NCBI GenBank assembly: GCA_964188305.1
Contig: OZ076889.1
Origin: Podarcis bocagei
Taxonomy: Eukaryota
Direction: 5' to 3' (one strand)
DNA length: 64,000 nt
Shown here: piece by piece, positions 26,050 through 38,500 of the stretch
How the letters are laid out: the number at the start of each line of letters is the position of its first letter
How positions within the stretch are numbered: the stretch's first letter is position 1
The notes under the pieces: model-generated
Seen by the model: the letters and a program-made list of their open reading frames with translations, nothing else
Told to the model about the DNA's origin: nothing
Databases searched by the model: none
Position numbers and translations under genes: made by a program

Positions 26050-26880
26050 CCTGAATGGCAGCGTTCCCACCGCACTCCGAAGAGGCGGCGGGGGGGGGGG
26101 AACCCTCCGTGGAGTCCCTGAGCGCTTCCCCACCCACTCGTGGGTCGGAAGCGTGAAGCTGCTCTCCGGGCTGGGCCCCAACCGCGAGGCGCCTCGAACC
26201 CGCGTCTCGCCATCACAGGCCTCGCCCCGGATCCCGCCAGCCCCGGACTCGGAGGGGCTGAGGGGCGGCTTTACAGCAAGGCCGCGAAGCAGCGGCGGCG
26301 AGGTAGGCGTTTGTGTCCCGCGGAGAAACGGGGCTTCCCGCCTTGCCAACGCAGGGCTCGCGGCCGGCCCCGGTGCCGCTTCCAGCCAGGCCAGGCCGGG
26401 CGAGGAACAAGCCTCTCCTCCCCGGCGTAGTAGCGCGCCGGCGCCGGCTGAGGGAGGCAGGGCCCGGGCGGGGCGCGTCGGGGAAGCGAGCGTGGAGGCC
26501 AGCGGAGGTGAATGGGGGGAGGAAGGGCGCTTGTGAGCAGCGCCTCCCTCTGTCCCTCCTTGGGGTGAGGCGGCGCGTCTGACTCAACAGAGGAGGGCGA
26601 AGGAAAGTTTCTCCCCAGCCTCTGGCGGTGCGGTGCCTGCCCTGCCTCTCTTCGCCACCCGTGGGCCGGCGGGCAGCCAGGCAAGGCCACCCTGCCCTCC
26701 TCTCCTCTCTCTCTCTCTCCATGGAAACTTCTCAGCCGGGAAGCGCCAGTCTGGGCTTCAATCCCACGAGGGTAAGAAGAAGCACGCGGGTTGTGAGAGG
26801 AATTTGGGAGTGGGGCCTTTTAAATTCCGCCACCCGGTAGTTGGAAGTCGCCGCTGTAGTTGCATCGGGACTGCTTTGGG
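26050..26880. promoter_or_regulatory. Second intronic CpG island, probable alternative DLGAP4 promoter
   Basis: Dense CpG/GC boxes, no TIR/TSD or repeat hallmarks; ends in an ATG (26721) and a consensus donor AGG|GTAAGA (26771/26772). Confidence 0.75.
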
Positions 26881-28512
26881 CTGCCTTTGTGGAAGGGGAA
26901 ATGAGGTCGTTTGGGTATGTTGGGGTTTGTTTTCTCTCTGTCATCTATCTATCTCTCTCTTACTTTTGATTTTTAATTAGGTTTAATTTTGGTGATCGGC
27001 TCCCAAGGGATGTGTATTGATGGGAGCGTATATAATTATAATTAATAAAAACAAACTTCCGGGGTAAACCACAGGAGAGTAATGGCATTTCTTGGTCGCT
27101 GCTGCTGTTACTAGGATACCTTTAAACTGTAACCACAGCCCCTATAAGATGGGGGGGGGGGAGAGATCTTATTTTACAATATAGGACTGCCTTTTTAAAA
27201 AAGTGAAAATATTTCACAATTGCCAGTTTTGACATGTCATTTTAAGCCTTAAATGATTGCATGTAGAATTCTGTTTTCATTCTTTAGAAACCTGTAAAGT
27301 CACTTTCCTAGTTTGCCATTTTCAGGCTTTTAATGTTTTGGAGAGGGTGTGTTTTAATGGTGTCTCTGTGTTGCAATGTAATTACCGGTGAGCTAACCGT
27401 GTGTTCTTAATAAGTGTGGTAGCTTAGGAGGAGTGAAAGGAGCTTGACTCCCAAGGGTTGTGGCTATGTCAAAAACTGAAAGCAAAAAAGTGAAAGCAAT
27501 CATCTGCTTCATCTCTAGAGTATTAGTAGTGCATGTGCTGGCTGGGGTTGATGGGAACTGTAGTCTAAAACATCTAAAGGGTACTAGGTTAGCAAAAACT
27601 GGGCTAAAATCACACTCCATCCCTCTAGCATACTCCTTCATCATTTCCAGTCTTATGATACTGAGACAATTTAAAGGGAAAGTTGACTCATGCTACTGGT
27701 TAGTGATTACCTGCCAAACATATGTTGCATGTACATTATGAGTCAAACTTCAACCTACAGTAGCTCTATATTATTTCAAGAAGATTTTTGTGTTTTTTAA
27801 TCCTGTGTCCCCATCTTTAAACTAGGTGCTTCAAGCAGTCTTGCCAGCTTGGTATTTAGGTACCGGTAACTATCAGTATTTTAGCTGCTTCTGAGTTGTA
27901 TCCCATCTAAGTTTGCCTTTTACATGAGCTCCCCCCCCCTTGCAGTTTGTAAATACAGAATTTACTTACATAAATATATAGCTTTTCTTTCGTATAGGTG
28001 TCAGTGGAAGGTCGCATTGGCAGGCATTTCAGTTGCATATAACTATGCAGCAGTATTTTACTCATTCCAACACTTTGTGTTTGCTCCTGTGTTCAGTGGG
28101 GTCCACTTTCAATTAAGTGTACTTCAGATTGCAGCCCTGTCTTACCTCCTTTGGCATACATGGCACTTGACAGCAAGTCAGAGGACAGGTCCCTGCCCCT
28201 GGAGCAAAAAACAAAAACAGGGGTGAGCAAGGAAGAATACGTGGCTATTTCAGTTATATTTGTTTAGGTTCCATTACAGGATGCATTACAGAATAGGATG
28301 TTATGTGCTTCTTGAATTCATCATGTAGAGCATGGGGATAAAACTCCTTTGAACTCAGTTCATCATGGGTGTTTACTGACCACAGTGCTGTCAGTTGTTA
28401 ATATACTTTGTATTTAATGCCTATTGAATTTCATGTTATCTCAAATGTGGTTCAAACTGTCTGGTTCTTTATACTGAAGTCATGATTTCTAGTGAAATAA
28501 CTGCAGGCAGTA

Positions 28513-28765
28513 CAGTGGTGCCCCGCAAGACGAATGCCTCGCAAGACGAAAAACTCGCTAGACGAAAGGGTTTTCCGTTTTTGCGTTGCTTCGCTAGACG
28601 AATTTCCCTATGGGCTTGCTTCACAAGACGAAAACGTCTTGCACTTTTTTTTTAAAGCCGCTTGAAGAGGCGCAGTTGCGACGGACCGTGCTTCGCAAGA
28701 CGAAAAACATCGCAAGACGAAAAGACTCACGGAACGAATTCTTTTCGTCTTGCAAGGCACCACTG
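28513..28765. mobile_element. Tc1/mariner-superfamily (pogo/Tigger-like) MITE
   Basis: TA TSD; TIR CAGTGGTGCCCCGCAAGACGAA / TTCGTCTTGCAAGGCACCACTG; shorter relative of 14674-15025. Confidence 0.9.
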
Positions 28766-30544
28766 TAGTGTCTCATTATTCATTAGCACAAGCTTTGAGG
28801 TATATTTTTGAGTCCAAAGACAGAACTGGGCTAGTCCTTTATGACGGCTGAGTTTGCTTTTAAGTAATTTTTGTCAATCTCAGGTATGGAGGCTGCTTTC
28901 TTCTGCAGTTTCTATTTCTAGCTACACTCCCTTTGATTGAGTGTCTGTGAACAGATCATTAAATAAGGTAAGTGTTTCTGTATTCCTTCAGTTCTTTCTT
29001 CCCTCTCATCATTGGATAGGACAAAAAAGTCATAGGCTCATAAAAGGAGCATTAACACTGTACCTTTTGCATTAATTCGCTCCAGCTTTTCTTCTGTTAC
29101 TTTTATACACTGCCTTAACTGCTCCCCCTTGCACTGTGAAACTTCTGTACTACAGGATGTTGTCTCCAAAGTTTTGGTTGTGATAACTCAAAATAAATTT
29201 CCTATGTAGACCAACACTATTCCTAATGGGATTTCTCATACCCATAACACTTTCCTGCAGATACTTTCAGGTATGTTTGATGCTGTTGAAATAAGTCTGC
29301 CTTGTAGTCCAGAGCTCTTGAGAACTGAACAAGTGAGAGCCTACAATTATGTGAGCTAAACTTCCAGACAATCTGAAATTAGCATTGTATGAACTTGAAT
29401 TTTAGCTGCAAAGTATGTCCTTTATAGCCAATACATGAAATGGGTTTTTTCCTTGCCCAACCCTGTGCAGCACACAGTTGCTACTCCACCCTGAGGTCTT
29501 AACATCCTAATTACTTGTTGTGAGGTATAGCTTTTGGCTAGAGCTACTAAAACTAAACAGGAGCATAGTCCTGTTTCTGTCTTTTCTCTACTGGATCTTG
29601 GGTTCTTGAGGGTGTACTCTCTCATTCAATACACACACTTATTATAAAATAAGATTTGCATGGTGTTTCTCAGCTTTAGAAGACTTTAGCATTTTATCAG
29701 AAGCCTTCATTGGTGACACTTTTGAGGTGCTGCAGTACTATTGAAGTCTGTTGTGTTGTTGCTTTTAAGCACATTACCATCCTCAAAAACGCTTTGCTCA
29801 CCTGCATGTGTCCATGGAACACAAGAGTAGTATAAGCAATCTCATCTACTAAAGACAGAGCAAGACAGAGTTTGTGGATTGAGAAGAGTCAGTGTGGTAT
29901 AAGTTATGATAGTGCAGTCCATTGGTTCAGTCTGCCTCTTTATTCTGCCTTCCTCAAAACTATTTCAGTAGTATATCTTGGGGATCGTATTCTTGTTGGG
30001 TATTTTATTATGGGTTGATTTTTGTTGTGATTCCCCAGATTCTTAAGCTTAAGAGCTGCATATCAGAATCCGGATTTAGGGGCCTATGCCTGGCTCATCA
30101 TCAGCTCATCTGAGCAGCACATTCGTCTTCTCCCACTCAGCCCTTCTCCAATTCCGTGGAGCATCCTACTGTTCTACTGCTGTGGCTTTTTCTCTGCCTT
30201 GTAGGTCCCAGCCTGTAGCTGTAAAGAGGACACTGTGCCAGGCAACTCTTGTGCACAAGAAAATACTACTTTAATTTCTATACTCATGCTTTGAAATGCT
30301 TGGACCTGCTATTTGCTCACTTGGCATAGAACAGTACTGATTAATATATTGGCATTGTTCCCTTCCCTCCTCACCCCAAAACCCCAAGGAAACGAATTTA
30401 GGAAGTATGTAGTTTTTAATTTAAAAAAATTCTTTGAAATCAGAATTCAGAGAAAAGGAGGTTGTTTCTTGCTCTCCTAGCCAGGGGATTTTCCCCCACA
30501 AAGACTATAGAGATTTCCATGTATTCTGTGTATGTTTTTTTTTT

Positions 30545-30569
30545 TGTGTGTGTGTGTGTGTGTGTGTGT

Positions 30570-30603
<34 letters not shown>

Positions 30604-30616
30604 CGAGAGAGAGAGC
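30545..30616. repeat. Compound microsatellite (TG)n-(CA)n-(GA)n
   Basis: Directly visible dinucleotide runs. Confidence 0.95.
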
Positions 30617-32009
30617 GCTTACAGGAACTAGTAATGTATTTTAAAGCTTTTACCATTTCCATTATGGAACACTGTTTTTGTTTTGGTTTTTAAGATACAG
30701 TTGGGCAGATCTAAATATAGCAGGCATTCCTGAAACCCATTAGATTGAGCTCATTAAGTTATTTGTACGTTCTATAATTTGCTTTCCTATTTTTGTCAGT
30801 TACAAAGTCTTTGTGTGCCTATAAAGCCTGTTCTACTGCTCTCTAATTGGCCACCTCCTGTTTGACTGATTCATTTCTGTCGGAAACAGTTGCTACAGAA
30901 ACAGTTAGTGATGTCATGTCACAAACTTGTGGTATCATTGAATGTGTAGAACAGGAGGTGTCTGGTTCTGCATCTAAGCTTTTTCTCATTTTAGACTGGT
31001 TTTGCAAAATTGCAGAAATGGTTCAGTGGGTTCAATGGAATTAAATATGGTATCTAGCCAAGTTGCAGTTCTCTTCCCAAACTCTGGAATTTGCGCTGGG
31101 TGGAGGCACTTACACACTTTTGGGCTGGGTGGAGGCCTTACACACTTTGGCAAATATTAGATGTCCTCTATTTTTGCGGCTATGCTTACTGAAGGTGGCA
31201 GAAGCTCAAAAACCTTCAGCTGCTGTTTATTGACTGAAGCTCTGTTAACAAACATTTGTTTGTGCACTGTCTTAAATATCTGTTAGGCTGAGTTCCAGTG
31301 GCAGCATTTGATACACGATTGACTTTGGCCTCTGTACAGACTAGTAGCAGACTTGCTAAGCTCTTCCAAGTTTTCATTTTCACTTGTTGAAGAGCGTAGG
31401 ACACGGTAGAAGCACTTCCTATTCACTTCCTTTCAACAATCCTTGTATAAGTATCTCGGAGTCTGCAGCCGTCATGTTTACTCACATGATGAATTGGACT
31501 CTCTGCCAAGACCTGTGTAATGTGATGAGGTCACAGACGCTAATGTGATTTGACTTGCTGCATGTCGTAAAGGATGAGCTAGTGTGGTTGTAAAAACTGG
31601 CTTATTCATTTTTTCAATCTTGGGTAACGAAGCTAGAAAAGTGAGTTATAGGGAATAATTGGCCTATTAATACCCTTTTATTAGAGAGGTAGAAGGAATT
31701 TAAATAAACTGCATCCGTGTTTGTCTTGGGGGTCTGTGACACTGGTGCAGTGCATCAAATCTATACACCCTACATGTACCAGATTCTTCAGACTGTGCTG
31801 GTTTTCTCATCCATATAGGTCACAGAAGGGTTGGAAGATGTCATGGATTGTATAACATCCACAGCTGGCTTCCCAGGGTCCCTGCAGGAGTGTCTTGGGA
31901 GTTAAAGTCGCTGATATGACCAGGTGTCTTCCTGCACTTCTGTATGTGGGGGGGGGGGAATCTGATGAAGAGTCCAAGAAGCTGACACCAGGACATTCCC
32001 CATTTTCTG

Positions 32010-33420
32010 ACCTTGCATCCATTAATCTATTTGCATACCACATATCATAAAAACATCTCATGGCAGCTTACAATAAAATCCATTAAAATACAATAACAGC
32101 AAAATAAACGTAACAGCTTTGGTAGGCAGTTCAAAATATAACATAAAAATTATGACAAATGACTGCTGTCAATAGCCAGCAAAGCCTTCAGTAAAGACAT
32201 ATAGTTTCAGCATGCACTGTCAATGCACAGGGGGGGAAAGCCCTCTTCCTGGTTGCTGCAAGATGAGCTTCCACATAACCATGAAGATCTCAGCAGATGG
32301 CCCTAATGACCAGGAAGGTCTGTACAGGAGAAGGCGTTCCTTTGGATTCCTAGTCCCAAATTATTTAAGGCTTTGTAGGTTGATACCAAACCTTAAACCT
32401 GGCCCATTAGCAAATTGGAATCAAGTCTTGAGGTTGTGTATGCATAGTTCACTAAGCTGGTAAAAGATGCTTTTATCCACTACAGCCACTTGGGCTTTCC
32501 AAGTCAAAAATAGTTCCTGGAGCACCCCCAGACTACATACCTACTCCTTCAGAACCCTTGCCAGCATTCAACGTCAGGTTATTGACCCTTATCTAGCCCA
32601 TTGCTGTGCCCAAACACCAATCCACATCCAGACACCAATCCAGAACTTGTATGGCCATGCCTGATTCAGATGGAGAAATCAAGCTGAGTATTATCACTAT
32701 AATGATGTTGTTGTGCTTCAGATCCTCTAATGACGGCTTCTAGCAGTTTCATATGGACGCTGAACAGCACTGAAGATGATATGGGACTCTGTTTTACTCC
32801 ATAGCTGAGCCGCCAAGGTACAATCATCCAGTGCTACTCTGATACCAACCCTAAAAGTAGGAGCAGAACCACTGTAACACAGTGTTTCCTACTTCCAACC
32901 GTCTGAGCAAGTCCAGCATGATACAGTGACTACGTTAGCAAAAGCTACTGAGAGCTCAAGCAAAATGCCAGGGTTGCACTACCATGTCCCTGTCAGGGTA
33001 ACCAATGCTGATTCACTTCCAAAACCAGGTGTGAACTCAGAGTGAAATGAGTCCAGATAACTGGTTTCTTCCAAGTGCTTGGGTTGGGTTGTCACTGCCC
33101 TCTCAGTCACTATCTCCCAAAAGGGTTGGGAACTAACTTACCAAGAACTAACTTAGTTGGTCTTTAAGGTGCTACTGGAAGGGATTTTTTTATCCCAAAA
33201 GGGTGTATCGGCAACTAGACAGTAGCTGTCAAATACCCTGGGTCCAGGGTGTTACTTTACCTCCTCCTTAAGAATAACAGGTATTGTGCCTTAGCAAAGT
33301 GATGCATACATCACACCACTCTGTTTTCCCCCTCTCAGCTAGTTTGAACTTGAATTTGGCACATTTTGGCTGGGAACCAACTTCAAAAACATTCTAGCAT
33401 AGTTGGGGTGCATGCATATA
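32010..33420 (-). mobile_element. Old LINE (L2-like) remnant, heavily degraded
   Basis: Left end resembles an L2 tail; around 32940-33060 the reverse strand gives degenerate RT-region motifs (F.PGFGSESALV, LLELSVAF). Boundaries approximate. Confidence 0.5.
33127..33192 (+). mobile_element. Penelope-like element terminal fragment
   Basis: TACCAAGAACTAACTTAGTTGGTCTTTAAGGTGCTACTGGAAGG identical to the 63941-63984 sequence; 12-bp direct repeat TCCCAAAAGGGT at 33115-33126 and 33193-33204. Confidence 0.7.
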
Positions 33421-35128
33421 TAGGAGCTTAGAGCAATTTTACTTTGATGCTGTCATCACTTTACATTCTTGTTATTCCAGTCTAACATGGAAAACTCCGC
33501 ATTCCAAATTGTGTGACGTGGGCATATGTTCAAAAGATTATTAAATAATATTGGTTCATATCATTTTTAATAAGATGAAAAGGCATTGTGAAGACCAAAC
33601 TACACAAGGCAGTGGGAGATCCACGATCAGATTTCCTCTGTGCTTCCCTCCACAAACACATTTATTGAATTTTCTAAACACAAATTATAAATAGAAAAAA
33701 GAAGTTACAATAACAAACAGTATCCACATACTAGGAAATTTAAGAGATAGTATAGTTGCCATTTATCAACAACTTCTCCTGTGGTTTTGAGTTAAAATGC
33801 AGCCATGGGGAAGCCCCCATTCCCATTCGATTGAGGCTGTAGTACTGGCAAGGTTTTAAATCTATCTTGTATTTTCACAATATAAGTTGCCTGCTCCCAT
33901 GCTAGCATTTGCCTGGGGTGGGGCAAGGAACATATGCCTTTGCTTCAAGAGGGAGAACAAGTTAGATAAGGAAAATGGCACAGGAGAGAAGATTTTTTTA
34001 AAAGCCTGCACCATGTGGTCTTGATCTAATCTGGGGTTCCCAACCTCTTAGCACTTCTCACAAACAAGGATCAGAGGTGAGTCAGGAAGCAAGCCCCAAA
34101 CAAAAGGAAATCGCTTTTGATGGGCTTCCCTAATAATAACATGAAGAAACTCCTGCTTATTCTTTTTATTTTTAAAAGAATGCTGTTTCTAAAAACCATC
34201 CAGAGTGGGAACTGATTAAAAAGCCCTTTACATGAATCATGCCCACCTCTGCCTTCCCACACTATGAAAGAATCCATAGTTCAAGACTCTTCAATTCTAA
34301 CTTGTATTCCCTTGGATGAGATTGTATTTTTAATTTGTTTGCATTCTCAAAATGAACAAATGCTATGTAAAATTAGCGGACAAATGGGTTTCATTTTCAT
34401 TCTCAAGGACCTTGCAATGCTATTTTTCTGGCAAAGCTCTTTGATGTGTTTCTCTTGCATGAAGAACTCTCATAAGTATTACTTCCAGTTGAATATATTT
34501 TGAAAATCTGCTGGATGTCATTCAGTGTGATAGTAGGATTAGTTGCATTAGTTACAGTTTTTTCCTATTGCTTGATGCTTAAAAGGTAAGACATACCTCT
34601 TTCTGCAATTTCAGGCTCTCAATCCATTGGGCACTTGACTGGCGCTTAGTCGTAAGCACTGTCCATTAGAAATAATACTATCATTTTCAGGCTAGGCATA
34701 GACTATCTCTACACTTTTTCTATATTTGGAAACTTTGGGTTGTATCCAGTGTAGTTCCAAATAACTTGTTTCCATTAGTTTTACGCTTCTGTAATGGACA
34801 TTGTGTGTCCACCAGCATTTGCTGTGGTCAGTATGTAAAATGTAGAGGGGAGACATGCACCTCCAAACATGCAGTGGGCATACACTAGGTTGTTGGAGAA
34901 AGGGAACAATGATCGTACTGAAGTCTCGACAGAAACCCACTGAATGCACCAAGCAGCAATATTAATTTTTCAACATTTGCTCTAAAAGCAGAAGACTACT
35001 AAGCACTTTTGGAGTTCTTCTTATTGATTACATCTACAATCTAATGCATTATATACCTGGAGGTAACTCCTATTTAAATTCAATGAGGCTTACTCCCATG
35101 TAACTGTGGGTAGCGTTGTCGCCTAAAG

Positions 35129-35597
35129 CAGTGTTTCCCAACCTTTTTTGGGCAAAGGCACACTTGTTTGATGAAAAAAATCTCGAGGCACACCACCATT
35201 ACAGCCCCGTGACGTCAGCGCGCAGCGTCACACCGGGAGGGACGCACGAAAGTGTAAGTTTCAATTTTTTTTCCTCCCCCTTGCCGGGGAACCTCCAAGC
35301 TTTGGGGGGGGGGGAGGAGGCAGCAAAGCGAGGCAGGAAGGAGAGCGCGGCTTGGCTGGGTGAGCTTTGGCAGGGAATGAGAGCCGCGAGGCGGGCGCTG
35401 CGGACGGAGGCGCTGCCCGCCGAGCTCGCAGGCAGGCAGACGGCGAGAGCCCCGCGCTGGGCAGCCTCTCCTCGCCGCCGCCGCCCCGCCTCTCGCCGCC
35501 CGACTCGCCCGCCTCCCTCCAGGCAACATCTCGCGGCACACCAGGCAACATCTCGCGGCACACTAGTGTGCCGCGGAACAGTGGTTGGGAAACACTG
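35129..35597. mobile_element. Young non-autonomous hAT transposon (469 bp), CpG-rich
   Basis: Perfect 15-bp TIR CAGTGTTTCCCAACC / GGTTGGGAAACACTG; perfect 8-bp TSD GCCTAAAG (35121-35128, 35598-35605). Confidence 0.93.
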
Positions 35598-38500
35598 GCC
35601 TAAAGTTAACTTTCATGAGAACTTTAGTTGGTAAGGAAACTGCATGAAGGCATCCAAGATCAAATTGCAGTGTTTTCCTTTCTCTTCTCGCTGTGCGTCT
35701 TAAATCTGTAAACCTGGTTTCCTAGTATTCAGTTGTGTTATCCTCAGTAGTGTAATGGGACATGGAAACTTGACACGTAATTCTAAGTATGGGGTGCTTA
35801 ATTGGACACCAATGCGAAAAACTCAGATGCTGCTGTTGATGAACTGAGGGTATTTTATGCAAATAAAGGTTTTTGAACAAATACTGAGTAACTTGGTTTA
35901 AAGACCCATTATGGAAATAATTGTTAAGATAATTTTAAAGGTATTAGCCCTGTATCTCATATGTATGACAGAAAATAAAAGGAATTCTAGGGTTTTTGAT
36001 TTAACCAAGTAATACTATGGGTGAGTAATACACTGAATCAGTCCTGTCTGGTGTTTAAGTTGTCTATGAACTGTGTCCAGTACTCTATGCTGTTGCCCTT
36101 TTGTGCTCAGAAAGCATATATGTTACCACCTCTATGAAGGAGGCTCTAGTCAAAGTCCTGTTGTCTATCTTTCATCCTGCATCTGCATGCATTAGAGGAT
36201 CAGTCTGGAATGGAATGAAAAAAAAGTTGTTTTCAACACTGTTGTCCTTCATTGGATATCAAACATTTCACAGTTATGTTGCACTGAAAATTGTAAATAT
36301 CATATATGATGCAAGCTAGCAAATCTTGATGCCAAATAATCCTAGGAGCGCTTTGTCTTCCGAGTCTCCTCATGGTGATACTCCCATATTTTGAAAACAT
36401 TTTGATCATCAGTGCTTATAGCTCCAGGCAAACATGTTGCTATTTTGGTTTTTTGTTTGGATGAATAATGCGTTGTTACAGGCAAATTCTATCACACACT
36501 CTCCAGTCTGGAGTGTTTAATAGATGTTGGTGGCAACGTTGTTCCATTTTGCTTTGTAAGATGAAATAAGATGCATGTCCAAGTTTTAAAACCATTTTGA
36601 GGTCAGATGATTGCTTTGGAGTCCTTTTTTTAACTTGCTGTATTCATATTCTGTAGCTCTAACTGAAATCCTTGTCTCAGCTTGTAGCTGAGTATGAGAA
36701 ATCTTCCCAGACAGGACTACGTAGCAGTTTCAGTAGGCAGCTGTCTAATGAGAATGCAAGGAACCTGTTCCCTGAGCAACTAAGCATGTGGGCTGCTGCT
36801 AAGCAACAGCCATCTGGAACCCAGTTTGTATTTCTTGGAATGTACCAACCATTTGGTTGGCCAAGAGATAGCATATAGTTGTAGCTGGGAACAAAGACAC
36901 TTCAAGGGATTTCAGCAGTTTTATGTCATTCTGAAACCCGCAAGAATTGGAAAGCCCAACTGAAATGGTCTCATTCCACCAGCCCTAAAACAACATATTT
37001 CCTCTTGTCTTTTGAATTCCATATATCCTGTGTTTCCAAAAGTATGCTTGGCAGTATTTTGTCTTTCAGTCGCTTTTCACAAGCTGCTTAGTGACTTTAT
37101 CATGTTACATTCCTCTGTGTTTAATTCTTTAGGTGACTTCAGGGAAGAGTCTAGAAAACTGATCAAAGTGCATGTCTGTAATGTGCAGGCACATGCCCAA
37201 GAAAACAAATTTGATGTTTTTCCTAATGCATCTTTCAAACTCTCCTGGAGATACAGGTTTTAGTTAACAAGATGTGTCTCTCTACTTCACCCATCTCCTG
37301 TTCACTTCTTTATTTATATTAAGTACACATGTACTGAAAAGTAGTATTTTGGAAAAAGGAATGATCCAGTCAGTAACTGTTTAGATTTGTATACAGTATT
37401 TAAGGGTGTATCCATAAAAAGTATCTCTCATTTGCATTTAATAAGCGCCATTCTAGACAGTTGTGAAAACTGGCAATATTTTAGTGCCTCTAACCACCCC
37501 CACCCCCATTATATCCATAAACAGAGGGAGAGATTCCTGTATGGAAGCAATTGGTATCTCCCAGAAGCTTTTTGTACTGAATGTTTAAAAGTCAAGTTAT
37601 TTGGGATGTTGGTTCTCTGCAAGCATAACTTGCATATAACATTCTTGTCTAAACTATTAATAGAATCTTCAAGTGATCTATGAATTGTGCCAGAAACGGA
37701 ATGTTTGGGCTCTGACTACTGTGCCATGGTATAACCAGGCTCAGAGTTTGATTCCTGCACAACAGGTTGTATCTTAATGCCAAGAAACATCTGTTAGCAT
37801 TCAGATCAGTCTTTGCCAACCTGGTGCCCTCCATGTGTTTTGGACTACAACTCATATCAGCCCCAGCTGTGCTGTAAGAGTTGTAGTTCAAAGCATACGG
37901 CAGGCACCAGGTTAGTAAAGCCACATTTATATAGTGTTGTGTCACACAGAACATAAGGTGGCACTTAAATGGGTGGAGGGAAGGTATGATGAGCACATAG
38001 TAGGTAATGCCTGTCTGCTTTCTCCTTATCTATTGTCTTGGAGGAACAGCTCTTGGCATAAAAGCCACGGCTTGCAAACCATTGTGATATGCTGTTGCCT
38101 GGCTGAAAAAGCATTTGGCAACAAATCTTTAAAATGGTTGATATGATATTAAGTAAAGCCATTTTGGAAATGAACCACTCTGCTCCTATGTATAGCTAAG
38201 TGTGATAACTTGTTTCAAAAGAAACATTCATGTACTTTTCTTTGTGGAAGGTGCTGGATGAAGTACAATTCCTATTTCTGATTTTGGGGTGGTGGTGTCT
38301 ACATTTATTTCTGTAGCTAGGTGACTGGAAGATAATTTTCAGTGTGCATGGGGTGGGAAGAGGAAGGGAAGTCACTGGCAAGAAGCAAATAGCCATCTCC
38401 TTTCTTATTCTTCTTTTTAGAAAGAAAATAAAGGATACATCACAGCTGTTGGTCACTGTAGTCTCATTATTATGTTGCTGATGGTCTCCTTGGAGATAGC

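Noticed and set aside
26011-26980. Overlapping ORFs of 70-169 aa in the second CpG island
   Set aside because: GC-content artefact; only the short ATG-donor segment has exon-like signals
35116-35634. 172-aa ORF and antisense ORFs
   Set aside because: Almost entirely within a non-autonomous hAT element; no transposase motifs
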